Notes: a model not told the origin generated them from the letters alone. A stretch of 64,000 bases of DNA from Chthoniobacteraceae bacterium (GCA_037190965.1 JBBCKI010000004.1:63786-127785), one strand, 5' to 3'; shown: positions 9,328 to 19,320, counted from the stretch's first letter. Translations and numbers: made by a program.

Positions 9328-9915
9328 CTATTTCCATGAACAAACGGGATCATCTTTCCCACTCGTGCCTTCTTTGGGTTTTCCAAGAGAAGCGGCAATT
9401 ACCCCGGTCTGGATATCGGTTTCAACAGCCCCAGCCACATCCGACGAAACCTTGCCGTCGTAATTCATATCAACGAAAATCACATAGGGCCGTGCCCACG
9501 GGTCATTCCAAACCCCTGAAGACTTAATGATAGCAGACTTCACATCAGCCGCCACTGCGCCTACAGCCGATTCCTTCACTTCCAGAAAACGGATTTGCCG
9601 CGCATTCTCAGTTGTTGTGATACCTCTTAAAATGTTAAAAAGAGTCGGATTATCCGCCTTCTCAGTCGTGCCATTACTAGTGGGATACTTCCCATACTCC
9701 ACATAGTAATTCCTCACCGCGTTAACGATCTGCACGACGTCGTTTTTTGCCGAGGTCTTTCTAGCCGCGTTGCGCACGCCCCCCATTGCCGGGAACAGCA
9801 TGCCGGCCAGGACGGCGATGATGGCGATCACCACCAGAAGTTCGATCAGCGTGAAGCCGATGTTCTTGGCGGCGATTTGGGAAATCCGATGGCGGAGGGT
9901 GGGAGAGATTTTCAT
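9328..9915 (-). CDS. Type II secretion/type IV pilin-like protein (GspG-like)
   Basis: G|FTLIELLVVIAIIAVLAG, YYVEYGKYP and DPWARPY motifs. Confidence 0.85.
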   Translation of the reverse strand: MKISPTLRHRISQIAAKNIGFTLIELLVVIAIIAVLAGMLFPAMGGVRNAARKTSAKNDVVQIVNAVRNYYVEYGKYPTSNGTTEKADNPTLFNILRGITTTENARQIRFLEVKESAVGAVAADVKSAIIKSSGVWNDPWARPYVIFVDMNYDGKVSSDVAGAVETDIQTGVIAASLGKPKEGTSGKDDPVCSWK

Positions 9916-10063
9916 TGGGAGGCAAAACGAAAATAAGCCATTTCAGGCAGGATGACAATGGGATTCTGTTCGAATAGAATACGGGGAGGCATCCTTCCCT
10001 CGATGGCCTTTTTGAATCGTCCCAGCCTGAGGGGACGGGGGCACCGAGAAACCATCCTTGACG

Positions 10064-10954
10064 ATGACTGAACAACACCGGCTTTCCACTCGCGATGGCG
10101 TTTCCCTGCACTTCCGGTGGATTCCCGCACAGGGGGAGATTTCGATGGCGCACCGCCCCACGGTGTTGCTGACCCATGGCTTGGGAGAGCACTCCGCACG
10201 GTACTGGCATGTTGAAGAACGGCTGGCCTCTCACGGGTATGACGTCGCCAGCTATGACCTTCGCGGACACGGGCGCTCCGGCGGACGGCGCGGTGACGCC
10301 CCGGGCTTCCAAGCTTTCCTGGACGACCTGGCCCAGATTGTGGCGACGGTCAACGAACGGCGCGCCCTTGCATCCCCCGCTCCGGGGCCGCTTTTCCTCT
10401 ACGGGCACAGCCTTGGCGGGTTGATCACGCTCCGCTTTTTGCAGGACCGGAGAGACCCGTCGGTCAGCGGGGCGATTGCCGCTTCGCCCTGGCTGCAGCT
10501 CGCCTTTGCGCCGCAACGGTGGAAACTCCTTCTCGCCGCCATTACGCGATGGGTCTGCCCGGGGTACCGACAGATCACCGGGCTCGACCCCTCCCGACTC
10601 TCGCGCGACGCAGAATTTCTCGCCGCCATGCCCGATCTGCACCTAAGCCATCACCAGCTCTCGGCGCGACTTTTCTACGAGATCCGGCAATCATGCACGG
10701 CGCTCCTCACCGGCGCGGCCAAAATCCCCTACCCGCTCCTCCTGCTGCACGGGCAAGCCGACCCGGTCACCTCATGGATGGCCACAAATGATTTTTTTCA
10801 AGCCGCGGTTTCTCCCGACAAAACGCTGAAACTCTACCCTGGGGTCTTCCACGAAACGCACAATGACCTCGACCGCGAAGAGGTCCTTACCGACATTGTC
10901 TCATGGCTCCGGCTGCGGACGCACCCCTCGCATCCCGAAAGCCGCTTCCCCTGA
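10064..10954 (+). CDS. Alpha/beta hydrolase, lysophospholipase family
   Basis: HGLGEHSARY, DLRGHGRS, GHSLGG nucleophile motif, HGQADPV, FHE. Confidence 0.9.
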   Translation: MTEQHRLSTRDGVSLHFRWIPAQGEISMAHRPTVLLTHGLGEHSARYWHVEERLASHGYDVASYDLRGHGRSGGRRGDAPGFQAFLDDLAQIVATVNERRALASPAPGPLFLYGHSLGGLITLRFLQDRRDPSVSGAIAASPWLQLAFAPQRWKLLLAAITRWVCPGYRQITGLDPSRLSRDAEFLAAMPDLHLSHHQLSARLFYEIRQSCTALLTGAAKIPYPLLLLHGQADPVTSWMATNDFFQAAVSPDKTLKLYPGVFHETHNDLDREEVLTDIVSWLRLRTHPSHPESRFP

Positions 10955-10985
10955 AATATCCGACTTCCAGGCGCCCAAGCCTGCG

Positions 10986-11261
10986 TCACCACTTCGCGCG
11001 GAGCTCGCGCCGATCCCGCATGATCCGCGCCACCAGAAGGCCGAGCAACGCCAACCCGGCAATGACATAAAGCGATGGATGCTCGCGAACGTTGCGAACC
11101 ATCGATCGTTCCAAGGAAACAAGCGCAACCCGCCCGCGCTCAAGCCCATCGCGAGCCTGATCCCGCACCTTGCCAAGCTGGTCCTCAATTTGACCGGCCG
11201 TGTGTTGCAGCCGGTCCATGCGCGTGTCGAAACGTCGGCGGAAAATTCTGCCTCTATTCAT
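10986..11261 (-). CDS. Small tail-anchored membrane protein (ElaB/YqjD-like)
   Basis: Helical N-terminus, VREHP followed by a C-terminal TM helix. Confidence 0.55.
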   Translation of the reverse strand: MNRGRIFRRRFDTRMDRLQHTAGQIEDQLGKVRDQARDGLERGRVALVSLERSMVRNVREHPSLYVIAGLALLGLLVARIMRDRRELRAKW

Positions 11262-11334
11262 GGTGTCGCCCTTTCCTTATACAGGAATCGGGCATCCCCA
11301 CCGCCCTGGCCGCGCCAACTGTGCCCTCTTCCCT

Positions 11335-12504
11335 CTAACGGCCCGGGGCCAGCTCGAAAAGAAAGCCACGCAGGTATTCCGTCTCCGGCAGGTTGAGCAA
11401 AACCGGATGATCCGCAGCCTGCCCAAAGCGGGTCAGCAAACGGAGCGTCCGCTTGGCGTCCACCGCCGCGTCGGCCACCACTTCGCGGAAAAGCTCGTCG
11501 CCCACATGATGGGAACACGAGAAAGTCGCCAGCAACCCACCCGGTGCGAGGAGCTTGAGCGCGCGAAGATGGATCTCCTTATACCCGCGCATCGCGTCGT
11601 GGAGCTTCTCCTTCGACTTCGTGAACGAAGGGGGATCGAGCACGATGAGGTCGTACTGAGCTCCCGCGCGTTCCTCGTCTTTGAGGAAATCGAATACATT
11701 TGCCGCAATCGCCTCCAACTCGACGCCGTTGGCAATGGCGTTGGCTCGGATTGACTCCACACAGTCGGCGCTGATCTCCACGGCCCGCACCGACTTAGCC
11801 CCCGCCTTGGCGCAGGCCAGCGCGAACGCCCCCTGGTTGGAAAAACAATCGAGCACCTTCTTGCCCGCCGCCCATGCGGCCACCCCGGCGTAATTGTCAA
11901 TCTGGTCGAGATAAAAGCCGGTCTTCTGCCCCTGCATCAGATCGACCTCGAAACGCAGCCCCGCCGCCTCGATTGGCACTTTACCGGGCGTTTCCCCCCA
12001 AAGCACCCCGACCATGCTCTCCATCCCCTCGGCCCGGCGGATCGGCGCGTCGTTGCGCTCCAAAATGGTGCGAGGGGAGCACAGTTCGCGTAGCGCCGCC
12101 ACCAGTAGATCTTTCCGCTGGTCCATCGCCAGCGTCAGTGTCTGAAGCACGAGGCAGTCGTTGTAACGGTCCACGATCACGCCCGGGAGCCCATCGCTCT
12201 CGCTCCAGACAAGGCGGCAAAGGCGGAGATTCACGCCGCGCCGCTCCCGGTATTCCATCGCCTGACGGATCCTGCGGAGAAAAAAATCAGCGTCCAGTTC
12301 CTGCCGCTGCCGGGAGAAGCGACGCGCCACGATCTGGGATTTCGAGTTGTAGATCGCCGAACCGAGCAGTCGGTCCTTGCCGTCCTTGAGAGAAACCACG
12401 TCGCCATCCGCAGGCGTGCCGAAGGTTTTGAGCACTTCGCTGAAGTAAACCCAATCGTGGCCGTGAAGAATGCGTGAACGGGGACGGATAACAATGCCTG
12501 CCAT
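11335..12504 (-). CDS. rlmI: RlmI/RlmK-family SAM-dependent rRNA methyltransferase
   Basis: PUA-like GHDWV, ESDGLPG, GQKTGFYLDQ, VLDPPSF, SCSHH. Confidence 0.85.
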   Translation of the reverse strand: MAGIVIRPRSRILHGHDWVYFSEVLKTFGTPADGDVVSLKDGKDRLLGSAIYNSKSQIVARRFSRQRQELDADFFLRRIRQAMEYRERRGVNLRLCRLVWSESDGLPGVIVDRYNDCLVLQTLTLAMDQRKDLLVAALRELCSPRTILERNDAPIRRAEGMESMVGVLWGETPGKVPIEAAGLRFEVDLMQGQKTGFYLDQIDNYAGVAAWAAGKKVLDCFSNQGAFALACAKAGAKSVRAVEISADCVESIRANAIANGVELEAIAANVFDFLKDEERAGAQYDLIVLDPPSFTKSKEKLHDAMRGYKEIHLRALKLLAPGGLLATFSCSHHVGDELFREVVADAAVDAKRTLRLLTRFGQAADHPVLLNLPETEYLRGFLFELAPGR

Positions 12505-12618
12505 AAACGCCATTCCTTAAGTCCACAGGCGCAGAGATGCGAGCAAGTTCTGCCGATTGCCGAAGTTGAGGGAAACCTTGACGCCCCGGCGGGCTCGGCG
12601 CGAACCTCCCTGAAGGCC

Positions 12619-14394
12619 ATGAAGTTCTTCACCTCGGAGTTCACCCCCTTTATCCCGACCGGTTCCCGACGCCGGAATGTCATGCTGCTGCTTCGTTTTC
12701 TCGCGGTGCTGTTGCTGCTGATGTCGACCTACACCGTGCTCTTTCACGTCCTCATGGCCGCCGAAGGGCAGGAGCACAGCTGGATCACCGGGCTTTACTG
12801 GACGCTCACGGTCATGAGCACGCTCGGGTTTGGCGACATCACGTTCCACTCCGACATCGGCCGGGCGTTCTCCATCGTGGTGCTGCTCTCGGGGATGGTC
12901 TTCCTGCTGATCCTGCTCCCGTTCACCTTCATCGAGTTTTTCTACGCACCCTGGATGCAGGCCCAATCGGAAGCGCGCGCGCCGCGCTCCCTCCCCCCGG
13001 GAACAAAAGACCATATCATTCTCACCAGCTACGACCCGGTCTCGATGCTCCTGATCCAACGGCTGGAACAATACGGCTACCAGTACGCGCTGCTGGTGGG
13101 CGATCTCCAGGAAGCGCTCCGGCTGCACGATCTGGGCATCAAGGTCGTCTTCGGCGCGGTGGACCGGCCGGAGACCTACCAGGCGGTCCAGGTGACCCAG
13201 GCCGCTATGGTCGCCGCGACCGGCAACGACATGGTGAACACCAACATCGCGTTCACGGTGCGCGAGATCAGCGCCTCCGTGCCGATTGTGACCACGGCGG
13301 ATTCCGTCGAGTCGGTCGACATCCTCAACCTCGCGGGAAGCACGAACGTCCTCCGGCTCCCGGAGCTGATGGGGGAAGCCAACGCCCGCCGGATCAGCGG
13401 GGTGGACGCGCGCACCCATGTCATCGGGCAGTTTGACAACCTCTTCATCGCCGAAGCCACCGCCTCGGGAACTCCGCTCGTCGGCAAGACCCTCGCCCAA
13501 AGCCGCTTGCGGGAGTACGCGGGCGTCAGCGTCATCGGCCTCTGGAAACGGGGCCAGTTTGAAGCCGCCACGCGCGACAGCCTGATCGATGCCAACACCA
13601 TTCTCGTGCTGGCCGGAACCAAGGACCAGCTCAGCCGCTACGACGAGCTTTTTTGCATCTACCATGTCAGCGGAGGACGCGTCATCATTATCGGAGCCGG
13701 GCGGGTCGGCCGGGCCACGGCTCGCGCGTTGGAAAAGCGGGAGGTCGACTACCGGATCGTGGAGCAGGTGCCGAGCCGCATTCGCAACTCGGAGAAATAC
13801 ATCCTCGGCAGCGCTGCCGACGTCGCCACGCTGGAGCAGGCCGGAATTCAGGACGCCCCTGCCATCCTGATCACCGTCCATGATGACGACACCAATATCT
13901 ATCTTACTCTCTACTGCCGGAGGCTGCGCCCCGATGTCCAAATCATCAGCCGGTCCACCCTGGAGCGCAACGTCTCCACGCTGAACCGCGCCGGCGCGGA
14001 TTTCGTGCTCTCCTACGCCTCCATGGGGGCCGGTGCGATCCTCGAAAGCCTGCAGGGCTCCGGCGTTCTCATGCTGGCGGAGGGGTTGAACATCTGCGAA
14101 ACGGAAGTCTCGCCCATCCTCGCGGGAAAGCGACTCGGCGAAACCGACATCACCCGGCGCACCGGCTGCAATATTATCGCCCTGCGGGAGAACGGAAGCC
14201 TCATTCTGAACCCCGATGCCTCCACCGTTATTCCGAAGGAAGGGCAGGTGATCTTTATCGCCAGCACCGAGGGAGAAAAGCGGTTTCTTGATGAGTACAA
14301 AGTGCGGCTCGTCACCCGCAAAGCCGTCTCGCCGCTCCACGCCCCGCGCCCTCGTCGCCGCTGGCTCGAACCAAAAAACCATCCTCTGAGTTGA
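12619..14394 (+). CDS. Potassium channel with tandem RCK (TrkA-N/C) domains
   Basis: TLGFGD selectivity filter between two TM helices; GAGRVG Rossmann motif. Confidence 0.9.
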   Translation: MKFFTSEFTPFIPTGSRRRNVMLLLRFLAVLLLLMSTYTVLFHVLMAAEGQEHSWITGLYWTLTVMSTLGFGDITFHSDIGRAFSIVVLLSGMVFLLILLPFTFIEFFYAPWMQAQSEARAPRSLPPGTKDHIILTSYDPVSMLLIQRLEQYGYQYALLVGDLQEALRLHDLGIKVVFGAVDRPETYQAVQVTQAAMVAATGNDMVNTNIAFTVREISASVPIVTTADSVESVDILNLAGSTNVLRLPELMGEANARRISGVDARTHVIGQFDNLFIAEATASGTPLVGKTLAQSRLREYAGVSVIGLWKRGQFEAATRDSLIDANTILVLAGTKDQLSRYDELFCIYHVSGGRVIIIGAGRVGRATARALEKREVDYRIVEQVPSRIRNSEKYILGSAADVATLEQAGIQDAPAILITVHDDDTNIYLTLYCRRLRPDVQIISRSTLERNVSTLNRAGADFVLSYASMGAGAILESLQGSGVLMLAEGLNICETEVSPILAGKRLGETDITRRTGCNIIALRENGSLILNPDASTVIPKEGQVIFIASTEGEKRFLDEYKVRLVTRKAVSPLHAPRPRRRWLEPKNHPLS

Positions 14395-14432
14395 ACAAAC
14401 CCCCACGCCGCCTGTCATATATTCCACTCTTT

Positions 14433-15899
14433 ATGGTCTCTACACGCGTTCTTCCACTGCTTGGATGTGCCCTGATGACGCTGCCTGCCTGGGGTGCCGG
14501 GGACAAACCCGCTATGGCTCCTGCGGCTCCCAGGGACCCGACCTCCCTGCTGCGGGCGCTTGACGATGGCTTCGTCGCGGTGTTCGAAAAAGTCGCCCCG
14601 GCGGTCGTGGTCATCGAAAATACCAAATCGAGCCGGTCCGAGAGCGACAGCAGCGCCAACGAAGCCTACGACTTCTTCTTCCGGTCTCCCGATGACGACT
14701 CCTCTTCCCGTCGTTCCTTCCGGATGCCCGAGCCCTCCAACCGCAGCGAAGGCTCGGGGCTCATCCTGCGCGAAGACGGCATCATCGCCACCAACAACCA
14801 TGTCATCGAGGGCGCGGAAAAACTCACCGTCCGCCTCAAGGATGGCCGCAAATTCACCGCCAAAGTCCTCGGCACCGACGCGCAGACCGACCTCGCCGTC
14901 ATCAAGATCGAGGCCAAGGGACTCCCCGTCGCCAACCTCGCCGACAGCGAGACCGTGCGCGTCGGGCAGCTTGTCTGCGCCATCGGCGTCCCCTTCAAGC
15001 TCGACTACTCCTTCAGCATCGGTTGCGTGAGCGGCAAGGGGCGCACCGATTTGAGCAATCTCACCTACGAGGATTACATCCAGACCGACTCGCTCATTAA
15101 CCCGGGCAACTCCGGCGGCCCGCTCTTCGACGTCGAGGGGAACGTCATCGGGATGAACACCCTCATCAACGGCATCGGCCGCGGGCTCGCCTTTGCCATT
15201 CCCTCCAACATGATCAAGGAGGTGACCGGGCAACTCATCGCGACCGGCAAAATCCGCCGCCCCGCGCTCGGCATCCGCATCGAAACGCTCCGGGACGATA
15301 GCAGCCTGCGCGAGCAGATCCAGGGGATCGACAAGGGAGTCGTCGTCAACACCATCGAACCCGACACCGCCGCCTACCGGAGCGATCTCCGCCCCGCCGA
15401 CGTCATCACCAGCGTTGACGGTGTGCCGGTCGAAACCGCGCGGGAACTCCAGAAGCAGGTGCTCTCGAAAAAGATCGGCCAGACGATCTCGCTCTCCGTG
15501 TGGCGCAGCGGCAAAACGCTCACCATTCCGGTCACCGCGGGGGAACTTCCCTCCATGGGAACCGCCGCCGCCCGGGAACCGCTTCAAGAAGAGACCGAGG
15601 GAGAAAGCGGCGCACCCATTCACGGATTGCTCTTGGAAAACGTCACCCGTAAAACCGCTGATCGCCTCAAGCTAAAGGAAAAATCGGGCGCGCTCGTCAC
15701 CGCCGTCACCCCCAATTCCCCCGCCGCAGCCGCCAGCCTGCAGGTGGATGACGTGATCACGGAGATCGACTCCAAGCCGGTCACCGGAGCCGCCGCCGCG
15801 CAAAAACTTTTTACAGGGCGCGACAACAAAAAAGCCTTTCTTTTGATGGTGGAACGCAACGGTCAGAAGACCTATGCGCTCCTCAAAATCGAAAAATAG
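14433..15899 (+). CDS. HtrA/DegP-family serine protease with two PDZ domains
   Basis: TNNHV, DLAVIK and GNSGGPL triad motifs; signal peptide. Confidence 0.92.
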   Translation: MVSTRVLPLLGCALMTLPAWGAGDKPAMAPAAPRDPTSLLRALDDGFVAVFEKVAPAVVVIENTKSSRSESDSSANEAYDFFFRSPDDDSSSRRSFRMPEPSNRSEGSGLILREDGIIATNNHVIEGAEKLTVRLKDGRKFTAKVLGTDAQTDLAVIKIEAKGLPVANLADSETVRVGQLVCAIGVPFKLDYSFSIGCVSGKGRTDLSNLTYEDYIQTDSLINPGNSGGPLFDVEGNVIGMNTLINGIGRGLAFAIPSNMIKEVTGQLIATGKIRRPALGIRIETLRDDSSLREQIQGIDKGVVVNTIEPDTAAYRSDLRPADVITSVDGVPVETARELQKQVLSKKIGQTISLSVWRSGKTLTIPVTAGELPSMGTAAAREPLQEETEGESGAPIHGLLLENVTRKTADRLKLKEKSGALVTAVTPNSPAAAASLQVDDVITEIDSKPVTGAAAAQKLFTGRDNKKAFLLMVERNGQKTYALLKIEK

Positions 15900-16013
15900 A
15901 GAGTCCAGGTTTTAGTGAATTGTTCCTTGGTTGGGCGGCCGGCGCTGGAGGGATGGTTCTGGCGCCGGCCGTTTTCCCGTTGCCTTCCCCCGGTTTCGAT
16001 GTAAACGTCCATC

Positions 16014-16664
16014 GTGAACCAGCGGCTCATCGCAGAGATCGGCAAAAGCCAGCGGCTTCGCATCGTCAACCAACTCAAGCGGACCCAGGGGATGAGCGTC
16101 GGCGAGCTGTCGGAGGCGCTTGGCATGAGTTACATGGGGGTCAAACAGCATTGCATCGACCTCGAAAAGCGCAGCTACCTCGACACCGTGCGGCGGCCCA
16201 ACCCCAAGAACCGCATCGGGCGACCCGAACTGATCTACCGCCTCACCTCCAAAGCGCACGAACTTTTCCCAACCGCCAGCAATGAGGTCACGCTGGAAGT
16301 CCTCACCTCCGCCCAGGCCCTCTACGGCCCGGCGGCTCCCGAAAAGCTGCTCTTCCTCGCTTTCCAGCGCAAGGCGGAGCAATATCTGGAAAAAGTAAAG
16401 GGGGAGACGCTCGCCGAGCGCGCCAAATCATTCGCCAAGCTGCGCGATACCGAAGGCTCGATGGCAGACTTCGAAGAATCGCCGGAAGGGGGAATGCGGA
16501 TCGTCGAGCACCACTCCCCCATCGCCGGGCTCCTTGCCGCCTACCCCACGCTCCTCAACCGGCTGGAACAGGAGCTTTTCTCCCGCGTGCTCAAGGTTCC
16601 CGTGAAGCGGGAGCAGACGGAAGCGGGCGGGCTGTACGCCTGCGTGTTTGCGTTGGGCGGGTGA
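16014..16664 (+). CDS. Winged-helix transcriptional regulator (SufR-like family)
   Basis: N-terminal HTH (SVGELSEALGMSYMGVKQH), GRP..YRLT wing. Confidence 0.75.
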   Translation: MNQRLIAEIGKSQRLRIVNQLKRTQGMSVGELSEALGMSYMGVKQHCIDLEKRSYLDTVRRPNPKNRIGRPELIYRLTSKAHELFPTASNEVTLEVLTSAQALYGPAAPEKLLFLAFQRKAEQYLEKVKGETLAERAKSFAKLRDTEGSMADFEESPEGGMRIVEHHSPIAGLLAAYPTLLNRLEQELFSRVLKVPVKREQTEAGGLYACVFALGG

Positions 16665-16864
16665 AGGCGGCACGAGCAGACTGCCGCCGGTGCTACCGCA
16701 CCGTTTCGACGGGACAGTGCCAGGTCGAAAGACCAAAATTCTTTCGCTTTCCGTTTTTCTTCTCTTTTGTAACTCCCGTCATGCACCCGGCCCGAAGCCG
16801 GAAGACAATAAGCTTGTCTCGACATGCGGACAACGAACATAATAGTCATCAAGCTCATTAAGCA

Positions 16865-17443
16865 ATGAATGCAAAACTATTGTGGCTGATCTTTTTACTA
16901 TGGAGCGCGTCATGGGCGATGGCGGAACCCTTCCAAGTGTCATCGCTCAACTCCAGCTTCTCCATTGTGGGAACGTTTTCAGGCGACTACCGCACGAACT
17001 GGCAACAAACCAACGGGCTCACAAGGGAGGTCTTGAGAGTTTCACTGGATAAGGGGGAAATTTTTCGTTCACCACATTGCACCAACTTTCCCAAACGTCG
17101 CGTCCTTTACTTTTACGCCTTCCTCGGCACACGCGAACCGGAGCAAAAGAACTTCACGATCCTTGCTTCGAGCCAAAAAATTGAGATCGACGAAATTCTC
17201 GATCTGGGCGAATCGGTGATCCATTCCGACAAATTGATACTGGAGATCCTCATCGATGAAATTTCTCCCGATCAATTGCAGAAAGCATGGTTGGGATTCT
17301 CCATTGCATCCCTTGTCGAAGACGATCCAAAAGACAGGATGGGCACGTGCTATGCGCACATGGACACGCTCCTTTTTAGCACCGAGAGTTCAAATATCAA
17401 TGTCCGCCGCCGAGCGCGGGTATCGGCTCCCGTCGCTCCTTAA
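16865..17443 (+). CDS. Hypothetical exported protein
   Basis: Signal peptide (AMA|EP); visibly more AT-rich than neighbours. Confidence 0.55.
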   Translation: MNAKLLWLIFLLWSASWAMAEPFQVSSLNSSFSIVGTFSGDYRTNWQQTNGLTREVLRVSLDKGEIFRSPHCTNFPKRRVLYFYAFLGTREPEQKNFTILASSQKIEIDEILDLGESVIHSDKLILEILIDEISPDQLQKAWLGFSIASLVEDDPKDRMGTCYAHMDTLLFSTESSNINVRRRARVSAPVAP

Positions 17444-17474
17444 AGCCACCTCGTTCCGGGGGTAGATTCCCTTC

Positions 17475-17514
17475 TTGCCAAAAAGAATTTCATCGCATAT
17501 CCTAACGATGAAAT
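17475..17514 (+). promoter_or_regulatory. Sigma70-type promoter of the lexA-imu operon overlapped by a palindromic operator candidate
   Basis: TTGCCA(17475)-N17-TATCCT(17498); ATTTCATCG-N10-CGATGAAAT at 17487-17514. Confidence 0.65.
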
Positions 17515-18169
17515 GGCAAGACCTCGCTCCACTCACCTTTCCTCCACTCACGACAAGATTGCCAGGGCAATTTCCGGCATTGAGCGGGCGGGCTTTCCCG
17601 CTTTGGTCAGCGAACTGGTTCACAAGCTCGGGCTGGCGGGAAGCTCCAGCCTTGTGCCGACGCTCAAGATCATGCAGCGGAACGGCTTTGTCGCCATCAG
17701 CGGCGGTGGCGGCCAGGGGCGTGATCATCTGGTGAAGCTGACCCCAAAGGGGCGATTTGCCATCGCGGAAGGCGGACTGCCGGTTCTCGGTGTCATCCGC
17801 GCCGGACCGCTGGAGGAAGCGGTTGCGGAGCCCGATACGATTTTGGAAGACGCCGATCTGCTGCCGCATCGCCCCGGCGATTTTCTGCTCCGGGTACGGG
17901 GCGACTCCATGCTGGGTGACGGCATCCTGCCGGGCGACCACGTGCTGCTTCGCCCCAATGTGGAAGCGGCACAGGGAGAGATCGCGGCAGTGCTCACCGG
18001 GGAAGAAAGCGGCGATTACGAGGCAACGCTGAAACGGGTCTACCGGGAGGGCTCCCGGGTGAGGCTCAAGGCTGGCAACCCGGCGTATGCCGATATGGTG
18101 CTCCCGGCAAGCGACATAAAGATCGCGGGCGTTTTTCGGGGGTTGATCCGACATGCAGAATCGCGCTGA
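17513..18169 (+). CDS. lexA: LexA-like S24 repressor with divergent N-terminal domain
   Basis: LPVLGVIRAG cleavage site, VRGDSM Ser, ATLKR Lys; first gene of the imu cassette. Confidence 0.85.
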   Translation: MARPRSTHLSSTHDKIARAISGIERAGFPALVSELVHKLGLAGSSSLVPTLKIMQRNGFVAISGGGGQGRDHLVKLTPKGRFAIAEGGLPVLGVIRAGPLEEAVAEPDTILEDADLLPHRPGDFLLRVRGDSMLGDGILPGDHVLLRPNVEAAQGEIAAVLTGEESGDYEATLKRVYREGSRVRLKAGNPAYADMVLPASDIKIAGVFRGLIRHAESR

Positions 18170-18821
18170 CATCCCGGGAGGCAAAGCCGCCACACTGGCG
18201 GGATTGCGGGCCGTGCTGGCGGAGAAATTTCCGCAGCCACCCGTCCGTACCGGCAATGCGTTTCCGGTGCCGCTCAACTCCAGTCCCAGCCAGCCGAAGG
18301 TAGAGCTTCGACGTGGAGCCGTCACGGAAGCCTCGGGTTCCAGCGGCTCGGGCGCGCTTTTTCTGGAGGCGCTGCTCGGCGCGACGGAATCCGCCCGGAC
18401 GCTAATGGCGCTGGTGGATGGCACAAGCGGGTTCGACCCGGAGCCCGAAGACACGCGGCTCAAGCGGCTGCTCTGGGTGCTCTGCAAGGAGGCTCAGGCG
18501 GCGATCAAGGTTGCAGACCTCCTCCTGCGCGATGGGAACCTGCCGCTGGTCGTACTCGACCTCCAGATGACCCCGGCAGCGGAGCTTCGCCGCATCCCCG
18601 CTTCCACATGGTACCGTTTCCAACGGATCATGGAGCAATCCACCGCATCGTTTGTAGTGCTGACCGCCAAGCCGATGGTCAGCAGCGCGGCGGAACGCCT
18701 TTGGCTGCGCAACCGCTGGAGCCTGCGCGCCATGCGGCAACGGCGTTGCGAACTCCCCCTGCATGTGGAACAGGCCCAACGCGGCTTTAGTATAGTTTCA
18801 ACCGATCGACAAATCGCATGA
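18153..18821 (+). CDS. imuA: ImuA-like RecA-fold accessory protein
   Basis: RRGAVTE..GSSGSG degenerate P-loop, ALVDG..FDP, ADLLLRDGNLPLVVLDL; operon context. Confidence 0.75.
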   Translation: MQNRADIPGGKAATLAGLRAVLAEKFPQPPVRTGNAFPVPLNSSPSQPKVELRRGAVTEASGSSGSGALFLEALLGATESARTLMALVDGTSGFDPEPEDTRLKRLLWVLCKEAQAAIKVADLLLRDGNLPLVVLDLQMTPAAELRRIPASTWYRFQRIMEQSTASFVVLTAKPMVSSAAERLWLRNRWSLRAMRQRRCELPLHVEQAQRGFSIVSTDRQIA

Positions 18822-18982
18822 AGATAAAAACAGGATTCGCAGTCTTAGTGCTAAAACGCCGAGTACGAAGCGTCGTCCAACGCATCAATGCGGCCCTTGC
18901 TCGAAAACGCCAACCAAATGGCTATTCTTCAGCTCCGGGCACTACCCATGCAATTCAAATGCATTTCGATCTAGAGTCCTAA
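18818..18982 (+). CDS. Small basic ORF (54 aa) coupled to imuA
   Basis: ATGA overlap with the imuA stop; MKIKTGFAVLVLKRRVRSVVQRINAALARKRQPNGYSSAPGTTHAIQMHFDLES. Confidence 0.45.
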   Translation: MKIKTGFAVLVLKRRVRSVVQRINAALARKRQPNGYSSAPGTTHAIQMHFDLES

Positions 18983-19033
18983 GTCATTGAATATTTAAAG
19001 AATCAAGGGGTGAGCCTTCGGCTGCAAGGAGTA

Positions 19034-19180
19034 CGGCGTCGCGGAGCTCCGCCCTCCGATATCCCTCTGCATTCCAAGAAAATTGGCGCGGAAGCGCCCT
19101 CGTCGGAGGGTGGAGTTCCACGACGCCGCTTATGCCCAAAGGCCCTCTATTTCTTCTTCTCAACAACTCGTGCCTGTGAG
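19034..19180. repeat. REP-like inverted pair (CGGCGTCGYGGARCTCCRCCCTCC family)
   Basis: 19034-19059 inverted with 19103-19128; 19105-19180 recurs inverted at about 63885-63960. Confidence 0.8.
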
Positions 19181-19181
19181 G

Positions 19182-19320
19182 CCTTTCCCCTCGTTACCAA
19201 TCTCCAGATTGGTAATGCCCTTGTCCCCGAATCTCTGATTCGAAAGCCTTCTTATCTCGTGCAGGGTGCCAGAACAGACAGGGTTTGGCGTTCCCAAACA
19301 AAGTTTGGGAACGAGGAAAA
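19182..19320. repeat. REP/MITE-like element, copy 1 (CTCGTTACCAATCTCCAGATTGGTAA...GTTTGGGAACGAG)
   Basis: Close copy at 57111-57273; hairpins at both ends. Confidence 0.85.

Noticed and set aside
9967..9981. TGTTC-N5-GAATA as a verrucomicrobial LexA box
   Set aside because: Wrong spacer length, one mismatch, and not upstream of a repair gene.
12517..14427. 636-aa minus-strand ORF and similar long antisense ORFs (e.g. 14415-15623, 25058-26257, 40054-41547, 55065-56285)
   Set aside because: They shadow well-supported genes on the opposite strand, have no motifs, and are expected in GC-rich DNA.
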